Source of the DNA: Vicugna vicugna
Taxonomy: Eukaryota
Direction: 5' to 3'
NCBI GenBank assembly: GCA_013265495.1
Contig: MU062841.1
Span: 16,512,568 to 16,576,336 of the forward strand
Length of the DNA stretch: 63,769 nt
Shown here: positions 1 to 10,385 of the stretch, piece by piece
How positions within the stretch are numbered: the first letter of the stretch is position 1
How the letters are laid out: every line of letters begins with the position of its first letter
Notes under the pieces: model-generated
What the model was told of the DNA's origin: nothing
Seen by the model: the letters and a program-made list of their open reading frames with translations, nothing else
The model's database searches: none
Program-made: the position numbers and the translations under genes

Positions 1-1430
1 GTGGGGCTAGCTGAACAGATAAGATTAGTTGGGTAGGTGGCTGCAAGAGCGAATGAACAATGAATGAGTGTGTACACAGGAACCAGTCAGGCCCCGCAGA
101 GTTTGGTGAACCTGAGGTAAAAGGCAAGGAACTGTGGAGGCCCAGGAACACAGGCGTAGGTCTAACTATTAGAGCCACTAGAGCTACTAGAGTTACCTAA
201 GCTGGTGGCTGCTGAGCCAGCGGCTTGCCCCCGTCTCACACAGATCCGGGGTCTAGGCAGGGCGTGGGGCCACTGCCACATTTCCATGTGGAGGCCAAAT
301 GGCTCCACCCAGGTTATTTCATTAATTTATTTCCTACTTATTTCCTGGGCGCTTGCTGATCACTGACCCCTGTGTTGGGTCTTAGGGCTTTCCAGGTGAG
401 TGACTGGGAATCACGGCCCCCCAGGGGCTCAGTCTAGGGGTGGTGGTGGAGTGGGAGGGAGGGCTGGTAGGTCGCTGCAGGAAGGGCCACAGACATCTGT
501 ACGCCGCACAAGGGCGCACAGACCCGGAGGGGCCAACGGAAGGGTCACCTGGGTTTGGGGGCAGGGGAGGGGCATCCTGGAAATAATCCTCCAGGAAGCA
601 GATGTTGTGCATGATGGGAAGGGGCAGGAGCAGGCCAGGCCTGTTTTGCTGATGCCGCTAATAAAGGAGCCACAGCTCAGAGCTGAAGAGAAGACGCTCC
701 GGGGTAGGAATGGCATGGAGTCAGCTCCGGGTCCCCAGTCGCCTGCTGAGTTCCCTGTGCCAAGTCACTACCCTCTCCGAACTTCAGTTTCCTTCCTGGG
801 AAAAGGGTGGTAATTAATCCTACCTGTCTGAGGCCGTGTCCCCAGAAACATCCTGGGAGCTAAGGAATAAGTTACAAGTGATTTATCAAGAAAGAACTCT
901 GGGGAAGACGTTGGAGTGTGGGGCTCAGAGCAGGGGAGGGAGGAGGGCAGGCTGGGCAGTGAGTCCAGCAAAGACCCCCAGAGGATGTGTGAGCTGGGGG
1001 CACAGCCCTCCCCGGGCTCCAAAGATAGTCACAGGTGTTGGGACTCAAAAAAAAAAATGGTGACAAGGGACCTGAAGGCATCAACAAACTCCATTGCATC
1101 ACTCCGCTCGCTCCCAAAGGGAAAAATGAGATGAAATTTGTACAGCTTCACACCATGCCCGGCACACAGCAGCAGCAGAGAGCTACTACTGTACAAAAAC
1201 CCTCAGTTCACCCAGAGCGTAGTAGGCGCAGGTCCTTGACGAGCACTGGGCTGGGCAGAGGAAGAGAGCCGAGTGTGCTGAGGCCCTCAGAGCAGCCCTG
1301 CTGGAAAACGACAACGTCGCCTTTTACCTGGTGCAGCAAAAGACCCAGAAATGTCAGAACCCACTGCCAGCCAAAAAAAAAAATCGTACATGCAATTAAT
1401 TAGGCCTCTGCTTCAGCGCTCTGCTCACTC

Positions 1431-1624
1431 NNNNNNNNNNNNNNNNNNNNNNNNNNNNNNNNNNNNNNNNNNNNNNNNNNNNNNNNNNNNNNNNNNNNNN
1501 NNNNNNNNNNNNNNNNNNNNNNNNNNNNNNNNNNNNNNNNNNNNNNNNNNNNNNNNNNNNNNNNNNNNNNNNNNNNNNNNNNNNNNNNNNNNNNNNNNNN
1601 NNNNNNNNNNNNNNNNNNNNNNNN
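1431..1624. other. Assembly gap (194 N)
   Basis: Run of N. Confidence 0.95.
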
Positions 1625-1699
1625 AAACAGGGTTTATCACACTCGGCAGAAGGGATCAGGGGCTCTGGAGACATTCTCTAGGCTAACAGCCCTCCCTGA

Positions 1700-2230
1700 G
1701 CCCCTGTGGGCTGCTGCTGCTGGCTGCTGCCTCCCGGGATGGGGCCAGGCGGGAGGGAGGGAGACAGGGGCGGGAAGGACGGAGCCCGCCCACCCCCGGC
1801 ACCCTCCGCCAGCCTGCTCCTTTTCCTCTTCCAGGGCCCAGCCTGCACCCACCGGCCCCCACCCCGAGTCCGAGTCCAAATCCTTGCTCTCGCAGGCAGA
1901 CACCGCGGCCACTCCACTTCTGGGCTTTGTTCATCCTGCCACCTTCTGTCACCCCATTCAGAGTGCCCTCTTTCATCTTGTCTACCTACACCCGCGAACG
2001 CCGAGTGCGAGCCCAGAGCAGCAGCAGCAGCAGCGCGCCCTGGGCGCCCACCTCCACCGCCGCGCTCCCCTTGGCCCGCAGCCGGTGCGGCGGGCCCCTG
2101 TGCGCCGGACCGGCGACCCACGGGACTTGGGCGCTTCCTCCGAAGCCTGAGCCCCCGAGCTCGACAGCGAGGGCGTGGAGTCCCGCGGGGGGTGCTGCCT
2201 CTGCGCCTCGCTCTCCGTCATTGGGCAGGA
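1700..2230. promoter_or_regulatory. CpG-island-like region with a (CAG)5 tract
   Basis: Dense CpG at 1990-2220, next to an assembly gap. Confidence 0.55.
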
Positions 2231-2310
2231 CACTTAATCTCTCTGGGCTTCAGTTCCTCATCCACAAAATGAGGGTGATAATAACCCATGCGTAGAAGGA
2301 ATGAAAATGA
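2212..2310 (+). mobile_element. MIR
   Basis: TTGGGCAGG..CTTAATCTCTCTGGGCTTCAGTTCCTCATCCACAAAATG core. Confidence 0.75.
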
Positions 2311-3118
2311 TCCTCTCGGATTGAGCCATACGAAATTTCAGCTTTGTGGGCCAACAGGGGTGAACGCAGCAGTCTCATACGGTTCAACCCAATGGCTTCC
2401 TTTCTTTTCAAATCCTGCAGAGCTCAGCTGACGTCACACCTCCCCGCTGAGCCCTCCGAGGTCACCCAGGCCGCAAGCGCGCCCCCCACCCCGGAACGAG
2501 CCCAGCTCTCCCTTCCCTTCCTCGGCAGCTCCTCACGGGACCCCTCTGCCCCTTCTCCAGGGCTCCAAGCTCGCTCTCAGGGTCGCCTGTGGGCGGAAGG
2601 TGAAGGTGAGGGGCGTCTGTCCACACAAGGGCCGGGCTGGACGCTGCCTGCCGAGCTCGCTTTTACCTCCAGTTCTCCTTTCTGAGAGCGACCCTCACCT
2701 TTACTGAGTAGGACTCTGGGTCCAGCGCTGTCCTGGTACTGGGCGCGAAATGCTGAACAGGACGGAAACATTGTCTGCCCCCGCAGAGCTTACTTCCTGG
2801 GGGGAAGTCAGATTATAAACAAGTGAACAAGGCTGTGATGCAAGTTCAGGTCATGACTAAACACAAAACAGCACTCGATATAAAGCGCCTTTTGGACGAA
2901 GCTCACCCTGACAGCCCTATTTAAAGTTGCACCCCCTCCAGCACCCTCGACGTGCGGTTCCTTTTCCCAGAGCACCTGTCACCTTCTAGAACACACACAG
3001 CTTACCTCTTTATTACATTCACGTCTGTCTCCTCCCACTAAGGCTGGCAGGCTGGGGGAGGGGCGTGCCGACGGTGGGATCTGCTTCCGTCACTGATGTG
3101 TCCCAAGCTTTCAGAAGA

Positions 3119-3342
3119 GCGTGGCTCCCAACCAGGGGTGATTTTTGCCCCCAGGGGACATTTGACAATGTCTGGGGACATTTTCAGTTGTCAGGACTGG
3201 GAAGGGTGCTACTGGCGTCTAGTGAATATAAGTCAGGGACGCTGCTGAGTGTCTTACAATGCATGGGACAGCCCCCCACCCCACCCCACAGCGCAGAACA
3301 ACCCAGCCCCGAGCATCAGTAGAGCTGAAGCTGGAAACCGCA
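3119..3342 (+). mobile_element. MER20 (hAT-Charlie MITE)
   Basis: GATTTTTGCCCCCAGGGGACATTTGACAATGTCTGG..GGTGCTACTGGCGTCTAGTG..TACAATGCATGGGACAGCCCCCCAC. Confidence 0.9.
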
Positions 3343-4599
3343 GGAGCCGACAGTCAGTAACTATTTGTCGGGTGGGAGGATCTCACGAGAGGAGAGTGCC
3401 TGCTGGAGGGGACGACTTCACAGAGTGTACTCGCGAGAACCCTCTCTGAGAAGAGGGCGCTTGACTGGAGAACTGAATGATGTGGCAGAACCAGCCACGT
3501 GGGGGTCCGGGGAAGACACTTTCTCGGCAGAGGAGCCAGCAAGACTGAAGGCCTCGCATCAGCAACAAAGTCGGGATTTTCAAGACCCCACGAGCAGTGC
3601 ATCCTGGTGAGGGAGTGATGCACGAGGGGAGGGTCGGACTGGAACCCCTGCAGGCCGCAGGAGCGGTCGGGATGTTATTTTAAGGGAAGGACGAAGCCAC
3701 GTGGTGGAGGAAGGGACTCACGGGAACTGATCCTTGCCTTTAAAAGTGCACTCTGGTCCCCACATGGGGGTCACGTGGGAGCAGAAAGAGCAATGAGGGC
3801 TGACTACAGCGGTGCAGGCGAGTGCCGTGGGGTCTGTGCTGGGAGGACCACGGGGGAGGGTGAGGAAAGGACGGCTGTGCTTGGAAGGTGGACTGTGCTT
3901 GGAAGGCGGAGCCGCAGAGCTGGGATGTGGAAACAAGGTAACTTGGGTTTGGAGGTGGAGGCAGGAAGCTGGGGGTCGGGAGGTCGGGGTCGGGGTGGGG
4001 TGACCCAAGGTTGCACAGTTAGTTAGGGACACTCTGGACTGAATTCCAGACGCCTTGGTTTTCCGTCTGACGGCCTTGACACTTCATCACGGGATTCTGT
4101 GGACCAGCTGACAGTCCCCTTTAACTCCCCAAACACGTACGTTGAGAACATCTGGTGTAAAACCTGCGAGGAGTAGGGAAAAAGCCAGGCCCCACCTCCA
4201 GGCACTCACAGGCTAGGGAAGGAGACGGACACACAAACGCTTGGATGAAAGATGCGCCATAATTGCTATAATCGAGATTGAAACGATGTGCGATAGAAGC
4301 GAGGAAGCAAAGGAAGCAGGAGACAGAATCCCACTGGGAACCTGGGGAATAATTGGGCTTGGAAGGGCGGGTGGGACTTAAGGATACCCAACAGCCTCGA
4401 GTTTCTGAAACAGGAGTACCCACCGACGGAGACCTGGAGGGTCCAGCTTCCTGAGGACCCTGGCAACGCCGGCCCGGGCTGTGGGAGCCGCACCCCACAC
4501 CTCCCACCGGACAGCGAAGCGCACCAGGGACAGAGACCTCACGCAGCGCGACTCGTGAGCTGGCGCCCAGCAGGTTTCGGCGGCAGCGACGGCAGGTGG

Positions 4600-5510
4600 A
4601 CCGCTGTCTGTGAGGCTCACGTGACTGGAGTGGTGCTTTTTGTTTGCTTGTACTGGGACGATGGCGGTGACCCGAGGACGACGATACTGGTGGGGAAGCT
4701 GTTGGAGACGCTGACCGTGCTTTCGGCAGTATCAGCAATGCCGCGTGGATGGTGAGGGCAGGGATTGCCCAGGTGTCTCTCCTTCCTGTGGTGCTGATTA
4801 AGGTGCTCCTGATGCCTCCTAAGACACTTCTGATAGGACTGACCCGTCTCGTTTTTGACATTGGTATGGACTGCTTGATGACAGTGACAATGACAACATT
4901 GCTAGTGATTGACGATGGCATTTATGTTAAAGCGGCACTGGCAGTAATGGAGTTGGCGCTGTCACTTCTGGTACTGGGGAGGGTCCGCATCAGCGGCCAT
5001 GCTGACTCTGGTGATGCTCCTGCGCGTGATTACAAGGACGATGCTGGGTGACTCGGTGGTGCTGACGCTGGTGAGAGCACGTGTGACAACGATGCTGGTG
5101 ACATGCAGCACGGTGGCTGAAAGCTCATTTTGGAGCCAAAGAGACCCCAGTTCAAATCCAAAGCCTGGCATTCACTGCCGTGTGCCGCTTTGAGCCTCTG
5201 CTGCCTCACCTATTAAATGAGGATGATTGTAACGCGGCCTGTTTCCTAGGATTGCAGTGAGGACGAAATGACACCCTGCCTGTGAGACCTGGCACGGAGG
5301 AGACAGCCCGTGAACAGGCACGCTGGTGGCGGCGGTGGTGGCGGCAGCGGGGAGATGCTCGCAGAGAGAATGGCGTTGATGATTCTCTGGCTGATGCAAT
5401 TAGAGATCATTTACTGGTGACAGCATTTCAGTGGTTGTGATAAGGCTACTGATGGTGAAGAGCCCGATCGTTGCTGATTACACTTATGATCCACGGTAGC
5501 GTGTGGACAC
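4600..5510. repeat. Ancient degenerate trinucleotide (GGT/GAT/GAC-rich) low-complexity tract, interrupted by a MIR
   Basis: Recurring GGTG/GATG/GCTG periodicity. It gives Ser/Thr/Ile/Val-rich ORFs in several frames, with stops. Confidence 0.6.
5118..5295 (+). mobile_element. MIR
   Basis: TTGGAGCCA..GTTCAAATCC..CCTCACCTATTAAATGAGGATG..GTGAGGA. Confidence 0.6.
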
Positions 5511-6015
5511 ACCAGCCTTGGAATCAAACGGCAAAGTTCGCTCTCAGCTCCGCCTCTGACGTTCTTTGTAACCTTGGCCACACCACAGCATGTTAAGGCT
5601 GGAGGGCACTTGGAGCCCTTCTGATCCACCTCCTCGTCTGACAAATGAGGCAAATCAGGTCCAGCAGGATGAGGGGACTTGCCTGGATCCCCAGCAGGCG
5701 TGGCAAAGCCGGGGGGGGGAAGCCAGGCCTCCCGGCTTCCAGTTCAGTCCTTTTCCATCGTCAGCATCTTCAGTCTCTTTGGACGGGGGCTTAGAGTCCT
5801 TTGCTGTGCTTGTGTGTGTCTGCATTTTCCTGGGCGTTTTCCTGGAAACATGTACCAACAGAGCGACCGGCCCTTTAAAGAGCCGCTTTGTGGGAAGTCA
5901 GGCTCGGGTGCCCCTCTGTAATCTTCCTCGTCTCCCCCAACTAGCAGACGATTGGCTGTGGCTGGACAAGGAGCTGAAATGGGTAATATTTGCCTAGTTT
6001 TGAATGTCTGGTGTC

Positions 6016-6147
6016 NNNNNNNNNNNNNNNNNNNNNNNNNNNNNNNNNNNNNNNNNNNNNNNNNNNNNNNNNNNNNNNNNNNNNNNNNNNNNNNNNNNNN
6101 NNNNNNNNNNNNNNNNNNNNNNNNNNNNNNNNNNNNNNNNNNNNNNN
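6016..6147. other. Assembly gap (132 N)
   Basis: Run of N. Confidence 0.95.
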
Positions 6148-6594
6148 GTGCTAAGTGATAGGTGCGGCCGCCGTGAAAACGGTCCAAGCAGGAACCATCT
6201 GTCCATTTCTCCATAAATAATCACACACAGCGGGTGTGCATCTGAGGCAGATCATGATATGTTATTATTACCCAAGCAGTGGGAGGGGGGCGGCAGCGGG
6301 GGGGGGGGCGTGCGGGGAAACCACGGCGGCGTTTGTGACATTGGACTTTGGCAACGGCAGGAGGGGACGTGATGACCACAGAAGCTGCCACTCAGAGGGG
6401 CCAGGACCCTCACTCTAGGCAGAAGTGGGAAGCAGAAGAATCTGGCGGAGAGGATGAGGGGCCGGTGAGCTGACACGCGCACACCCCGGCCCCCGGGCTG
6501 GCTTCTGCTCACCAGGCCTCCCCCACCTTCGCGGTGGCCCACTGAGAACGCAGCCACCGCAGCCACGTGGCCTGTGCTTGGAACCCCAGCCCTG

Positions 6595-6855
6595 CGGGCT
6601 CCCGGGTCAGTCACGTAAGCCCTCTGGGTCTCCCTTCCCCACCGTGGGATGGGCGCGGTCAGATTACCTCTCAGAGTTGTGGGGAGCATTAAATGGGTTA
6701 ACGCTTGCAAAGTGCTTAGAACCACGCCTGATCCAGAGGAAACGCGATGTGAATAAGCCTGCGTTAAGCAGATGACCATCCCCCTTTCACAGATGGAAAG
6801 AGTGAGGTTCAGAGGGGACGCAACCTGTCCAAAATCACACAGAGCGAAAGTCAAA
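6595..6855. mobile_element. Two adjacent MIRs in opposite orientation
   Basis: Plus copy about 6595-6745 (AAAGTGCTTAGAAC); minus copy about 6750-6855 (TTTCACAGATGGAAAG..TGTCCAAAATCACACAG). Confidence 0.65.
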
Positions 6856-6874
6856 GCAGCACTTCAAGCTCACA

Positions 6875-7000
6875 GCGAAAAAAATGTGACGATGAATATA
6901 CGCATGTTCTTGTGTAACTGAAAAATCGTGCTCTACGCTGGAAATTGACACAACATTGTAAAACTCCTATAACGCAAAAAAAAAGTGTTCAAAAAAAAAA
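6875..7000 (+). mobile_element. Severely 5'-truncated lineage-specific L1 3' end with poly(A)
   Basis: AAAAATGTGAC..GAATATA..TAACTGAAAAAT..TTGACACAACATTGTAAAA..TATAAC plus poly(A) matches the camelid-type L1 terminus as I recall it. Diverged TSD: AAAGCAGCACTTCAAGCTCACA (6853-6874) vs AAAGCGGCATTTCAACCCATA (6998-7018). Confidence 0.75.
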
Positions 7001-7053
7001 GCGGCATTTCAACCCATATTTAGCAGCTCTGAAGTTTGTAGCCTTTCTGCCAC

Positions 7054-7232
7054 CGCGGGGTGGGCAAACTTTGTAGAGGGCCAGAGAGGAAACAGCTCAG
7101 GCTCCGTGGGGTCCGGGAGTCTCTGCCCAGCTGCTCAGCCCCGGGCAGCCCGGGGGGGCACGGGTGTGACTGTGCCCAATAAAACTTTATTTATAAGAAC
7201 AGGCGACAGGCAGGCTTGCTGGCCCCGCCTGA
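7054..7232 (+). mobile_element. MER58A-like hAT MITE
   Basis: GGGGTGGGCAAACTTT..AGGGCCAGA and GGGTGTGACTGTGCCCAATAAAACTTTATTTATAAGAACAGGC. Confidence 0.82.
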
Positions 7233-10194
7233 CACTGTTTTAATACCGTGCCTAAGTGGGCTCCCTCTCCAAGGACACAGCTGTAAAAACCCGAGCTCAG
7301 TACTAAAGGGTGGGCCTTTCTCTCGCCCTGCATCCCACTCCCCCTGCCCCGCAGGCGCAGTTCACAAAGGGCTGTGCCCCCGCTGGCTCCTGTGACCGTC
7401 CTGAGGGTTGGGAGCGGCGGTGCCCCCCCGCCAGCCGGGCCGAGCCCTCCTGCCTGGAGGAGACAGTGCTGTCAGAGAGCAGTGCCCAGAGCCAGGATGC
7501 GGCCCGCGCCCAGGCCTCTGTGGGCCTCGCTAGAAGCCCCGCGATAATCCTCTGTGGGCTCTTAATAAGCAAGCTGAACCCCGTAATCACCCACCGCCTG
7601 GCTTCCTGGCTTTACTTTTCATGGAGGCTGGAGAAACAGCGGCTGAGGGCTTTGCTTCCAGACAGAAGCAGCAAACACTTACCCGGAAGACATCTCGAAG
7701 CGGGGCTGGCGCCGCCCCGCGAGGCCCAGCCCGGAGGCCCCTGTGCACGTGGGCCGCCGAGGCCGCACACGCTGCCCAACAGTGCGCTCGGGGACCAGAA
7801 CAGAAGCAGCTCTGCGGATGCTTCCAGAGCCTTCTCGCGGGGGCGTCCCAGCAGCGGCTGGGGGCTGGCCCAGCTCCTCCCTCCGCGAACCCTCCCTGAT
7901 CTTTCCGACGCGCTGGTCCTGAGACACCAGAGAGACCCCTGTGGCTACGCCCTCCCTCCGACCCAGCGGCCCTGCCCCAGGAGCGCAGTGAGGCTGTACC
8001 AGGTTCCATTCTTCCAGGCGGTATTTGCAGGCACGTAATTAGTATTTGGGCAGGGCAGAGCTGCCTTCAGCCCCCGCGGCCCGCCGGCCCCCTGCTCGGG
8101 CAGGAAACCTCGTCCTCGTGACCCTTCTGCTGATGGGAACCCTTGTATATTCTTTTCAGCCCTTTTACATAAACAGAAACAAAAAACAAAACAAAACAAA
8201 GACAAAAAACAGTGCCCCGCCTGTCTGAGCCTCCATCCTGCACCTGGAGCGTAGTCAGAGCCCAGCTCTGCCTTGTGTGAGTCACTCTGCCTCCCTGAGT
8301 CTTCTCATCCTTAAAGTGGGCTGGCGGCCCCTGCCCTGCTTGCCTTTAATCCCTACGGTCCGGCCAGTATGGCAGGGAGAGCGGTGCGCTTCGACCACAC
8401 AGAGGACAGCGGAGTGAAGCCACGGCTCCAGGGAAGGCGTGGAAACGAGGGGCTGGCCAGGAGGCGGGCCAGATCCTGGGGCTCTCCCGCCTCAGCTGGG
8501 GATCGGTGTGTAGGTGTGCAGCCGCTCTGAGCCTCGGTGTCTCTTCTCAAACTGACAGCACCTGCCCCATCAGGGGGGTTGGATCAGCTTCTTCAAGGCA
8601 AGGTGCCCCATGCGGACAACAGTCCTGCAGCGAACGTGGGCCTTCAAGATGGTGGGGCTGAGGCTGGCAAAAGGCCTCCCGTCCTTGCTGTGTCGGCTCA
8701 GGAACAGGGTCCAGCTGAGCCTGCAGACGTGCCTTCAGCCATGGCGCAGACCTCAGGGGCAAGGAAAAGGCTTGCCAGACCCCGAGCAAGGAGCACTGGC
8801 CGGGAGTCAGGCATTACCGAGCCGTCTCATTCTGGTCTTCAAGGCTGGTTTGCTCCCTCATCCAGCAACTCCACCGAGCACCCGTGCTGGCGCCAGGGCT
8901 TTGACCGAGGGCCTGGGAAATCAGGAGAAACAGCCCTGTTCTCCGCCGCCTCCGTGTCGGCAGGTAGACGGCTGTAACAACTATCCTTCAGTAATACCTT
9001 GAAAACACGCTCTGGGGCAGAGGGGGCCCAGAGGAGGGAAGGGTACGGGGAGGAGAAGGCACTGGACGGATGACGCTCGACCTTGGGGGCCCTGGGCTCC
9101 CGTCAGTAAGCGGGATTGCTCGTGGCAGCCCCACCTCCTCCCCAGGGGGCTGCGAACAGCCACTGAGGTCGAATACGGGAGCAGTTAGCGGGATAGACTG
9201 ATGCAAGGGCAGCGCCGTAAGTGAGAAAGCCGCTCGGCCGTCTGGGCACCTGCAGCCCTTGTGCCAAGCTTGGCCTCTCAGCGTTCCAACACCGCCAGGC
9301 AGGTCCCAAGCTTGGAACGCCTTTCTCCACCCACCACGGTGTTCAGATTCTACCAGTGTGGAATTTCAGCTTTCAAACAAATTCTAGAACTGCCTAGAGG
9401 ACAGTTGGCGGCCCTGGTCTGAGTGGCTGAGGAAAGCGGGGCCCAGGAGGGGGAGGGCTCGTCTGAGCTCGTTCATCCAATCAGCATTGAGGAGGAGATT
9501 AAAATTGGGATTTCCTCTCCCAACACGTGCTGCTCCCCGGGCCCCCTTCTGTCCCAGGCCATCGCCTCCTGCCTCCCGTCTGCAATGAATTGGATTGTAT
9601 GTAATTGATAAATTATGCAAAGGGGTGCCTGGCAGTTTCCTGAAATGCTGGGTAGCTTCAAGGCAGCCCCTGGGGACACAGCCTAATTCTATGGAAATCT
9701 CACTCGGTCTGGCCCGTCTGGTGTAAGTCAGATTGATGCAACTAGGCTCTAGGGAGATGACTCGGTTTCTGATTTTATTCTCTAGGTGAGCTGAATGAGA
9801 TATAACTGTAACGAGCGTGTTGTCTGGGGCGGGCAGCCTCAACAGCAGGGAAGGAAAATGTCTCTTCATCTGCCTAATGGATCGTTTCTCCAGCTGGACT
9901 TCCCTGCTTCCGAATCCAACCTTCTCCCCTTTTGGGAGAGGGGCCATGTGTCAGGCAGGGGGAGCAGGCAGTGGCAAACGAGACTATACATCCCTCTGGC
10001 AAATAAACCCAGAGCCTTGCAGGAAGGAGGGACACCTGGACCGAGGGACACTGACTGTCTGTGCTTCCGGCTGGGGGCTCCCCAGCCCAGACCCAGGGAT
10101 AGACTTGGCAACTTTTTTTTGAGGTTCCAGCTCCAAGAGCATCCACAGCCCCTCACTCAGTCCTCCTTGCTAAGCTCAGTGATAGAGCGGAGCA

Positions 10195-10385
10195 TTCGCG
10201 GGGACTTTGCCGAGGATCAAAGCTGGATACTTAAATATCCACAACTGCAGGAGGTCGGCAGGACTGACCCTGCTTTACAGGTAGAGCAGCTGAGGCCGGA
10301 CAGGAGGGAGCCACTTCCGCAAGGTCACAGGGCTGCTCAGTGGCAGAACCTAGGATTCAAACCCAGGTCTCTCTGATGCCAAAGC
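10195..10385 (-). mobile_element. MIR
   Basis: TTTACAGG..CTGAGG..CAAGGTCACAGG..GGCAGAACCTAGGATTCAAACCCAGGTC. Confidence 0.75.

Noticed and set aside
1059-1134. Peptide STNSIASLRSLPK resembling an OAR motif (NSIASLRLKAK)
   Set aside because: The match breaks after SLR, there is no acceptor upstream (an A-run instead), and no homeobox exon in the window.
5028-5042. GATTACAAGGACGAT = DYKDD, resembling a FLAG tag or vector contamination
   Set aside because: It continues AG* rather than DDK, lies in GAT/GAC-rich low-complexity DNA, and has no vector sequence nearby.
4121-5193. Mucin-like or membrane-protein ORFs (266 aa minus, 100 aa plus)
   Set aside because: By-products of a degenerate trinucleotide tract. 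There are no splice signals, and similar ORFs appear in several frames and both strands.
6595-6855. Inverted MIR pair as a dsRNA or ADAR hairpin (also 39440-39840)
   Set aside because: The copies are old, highly diverged and cover largely different parts of the consensus, so pairing would be weak.
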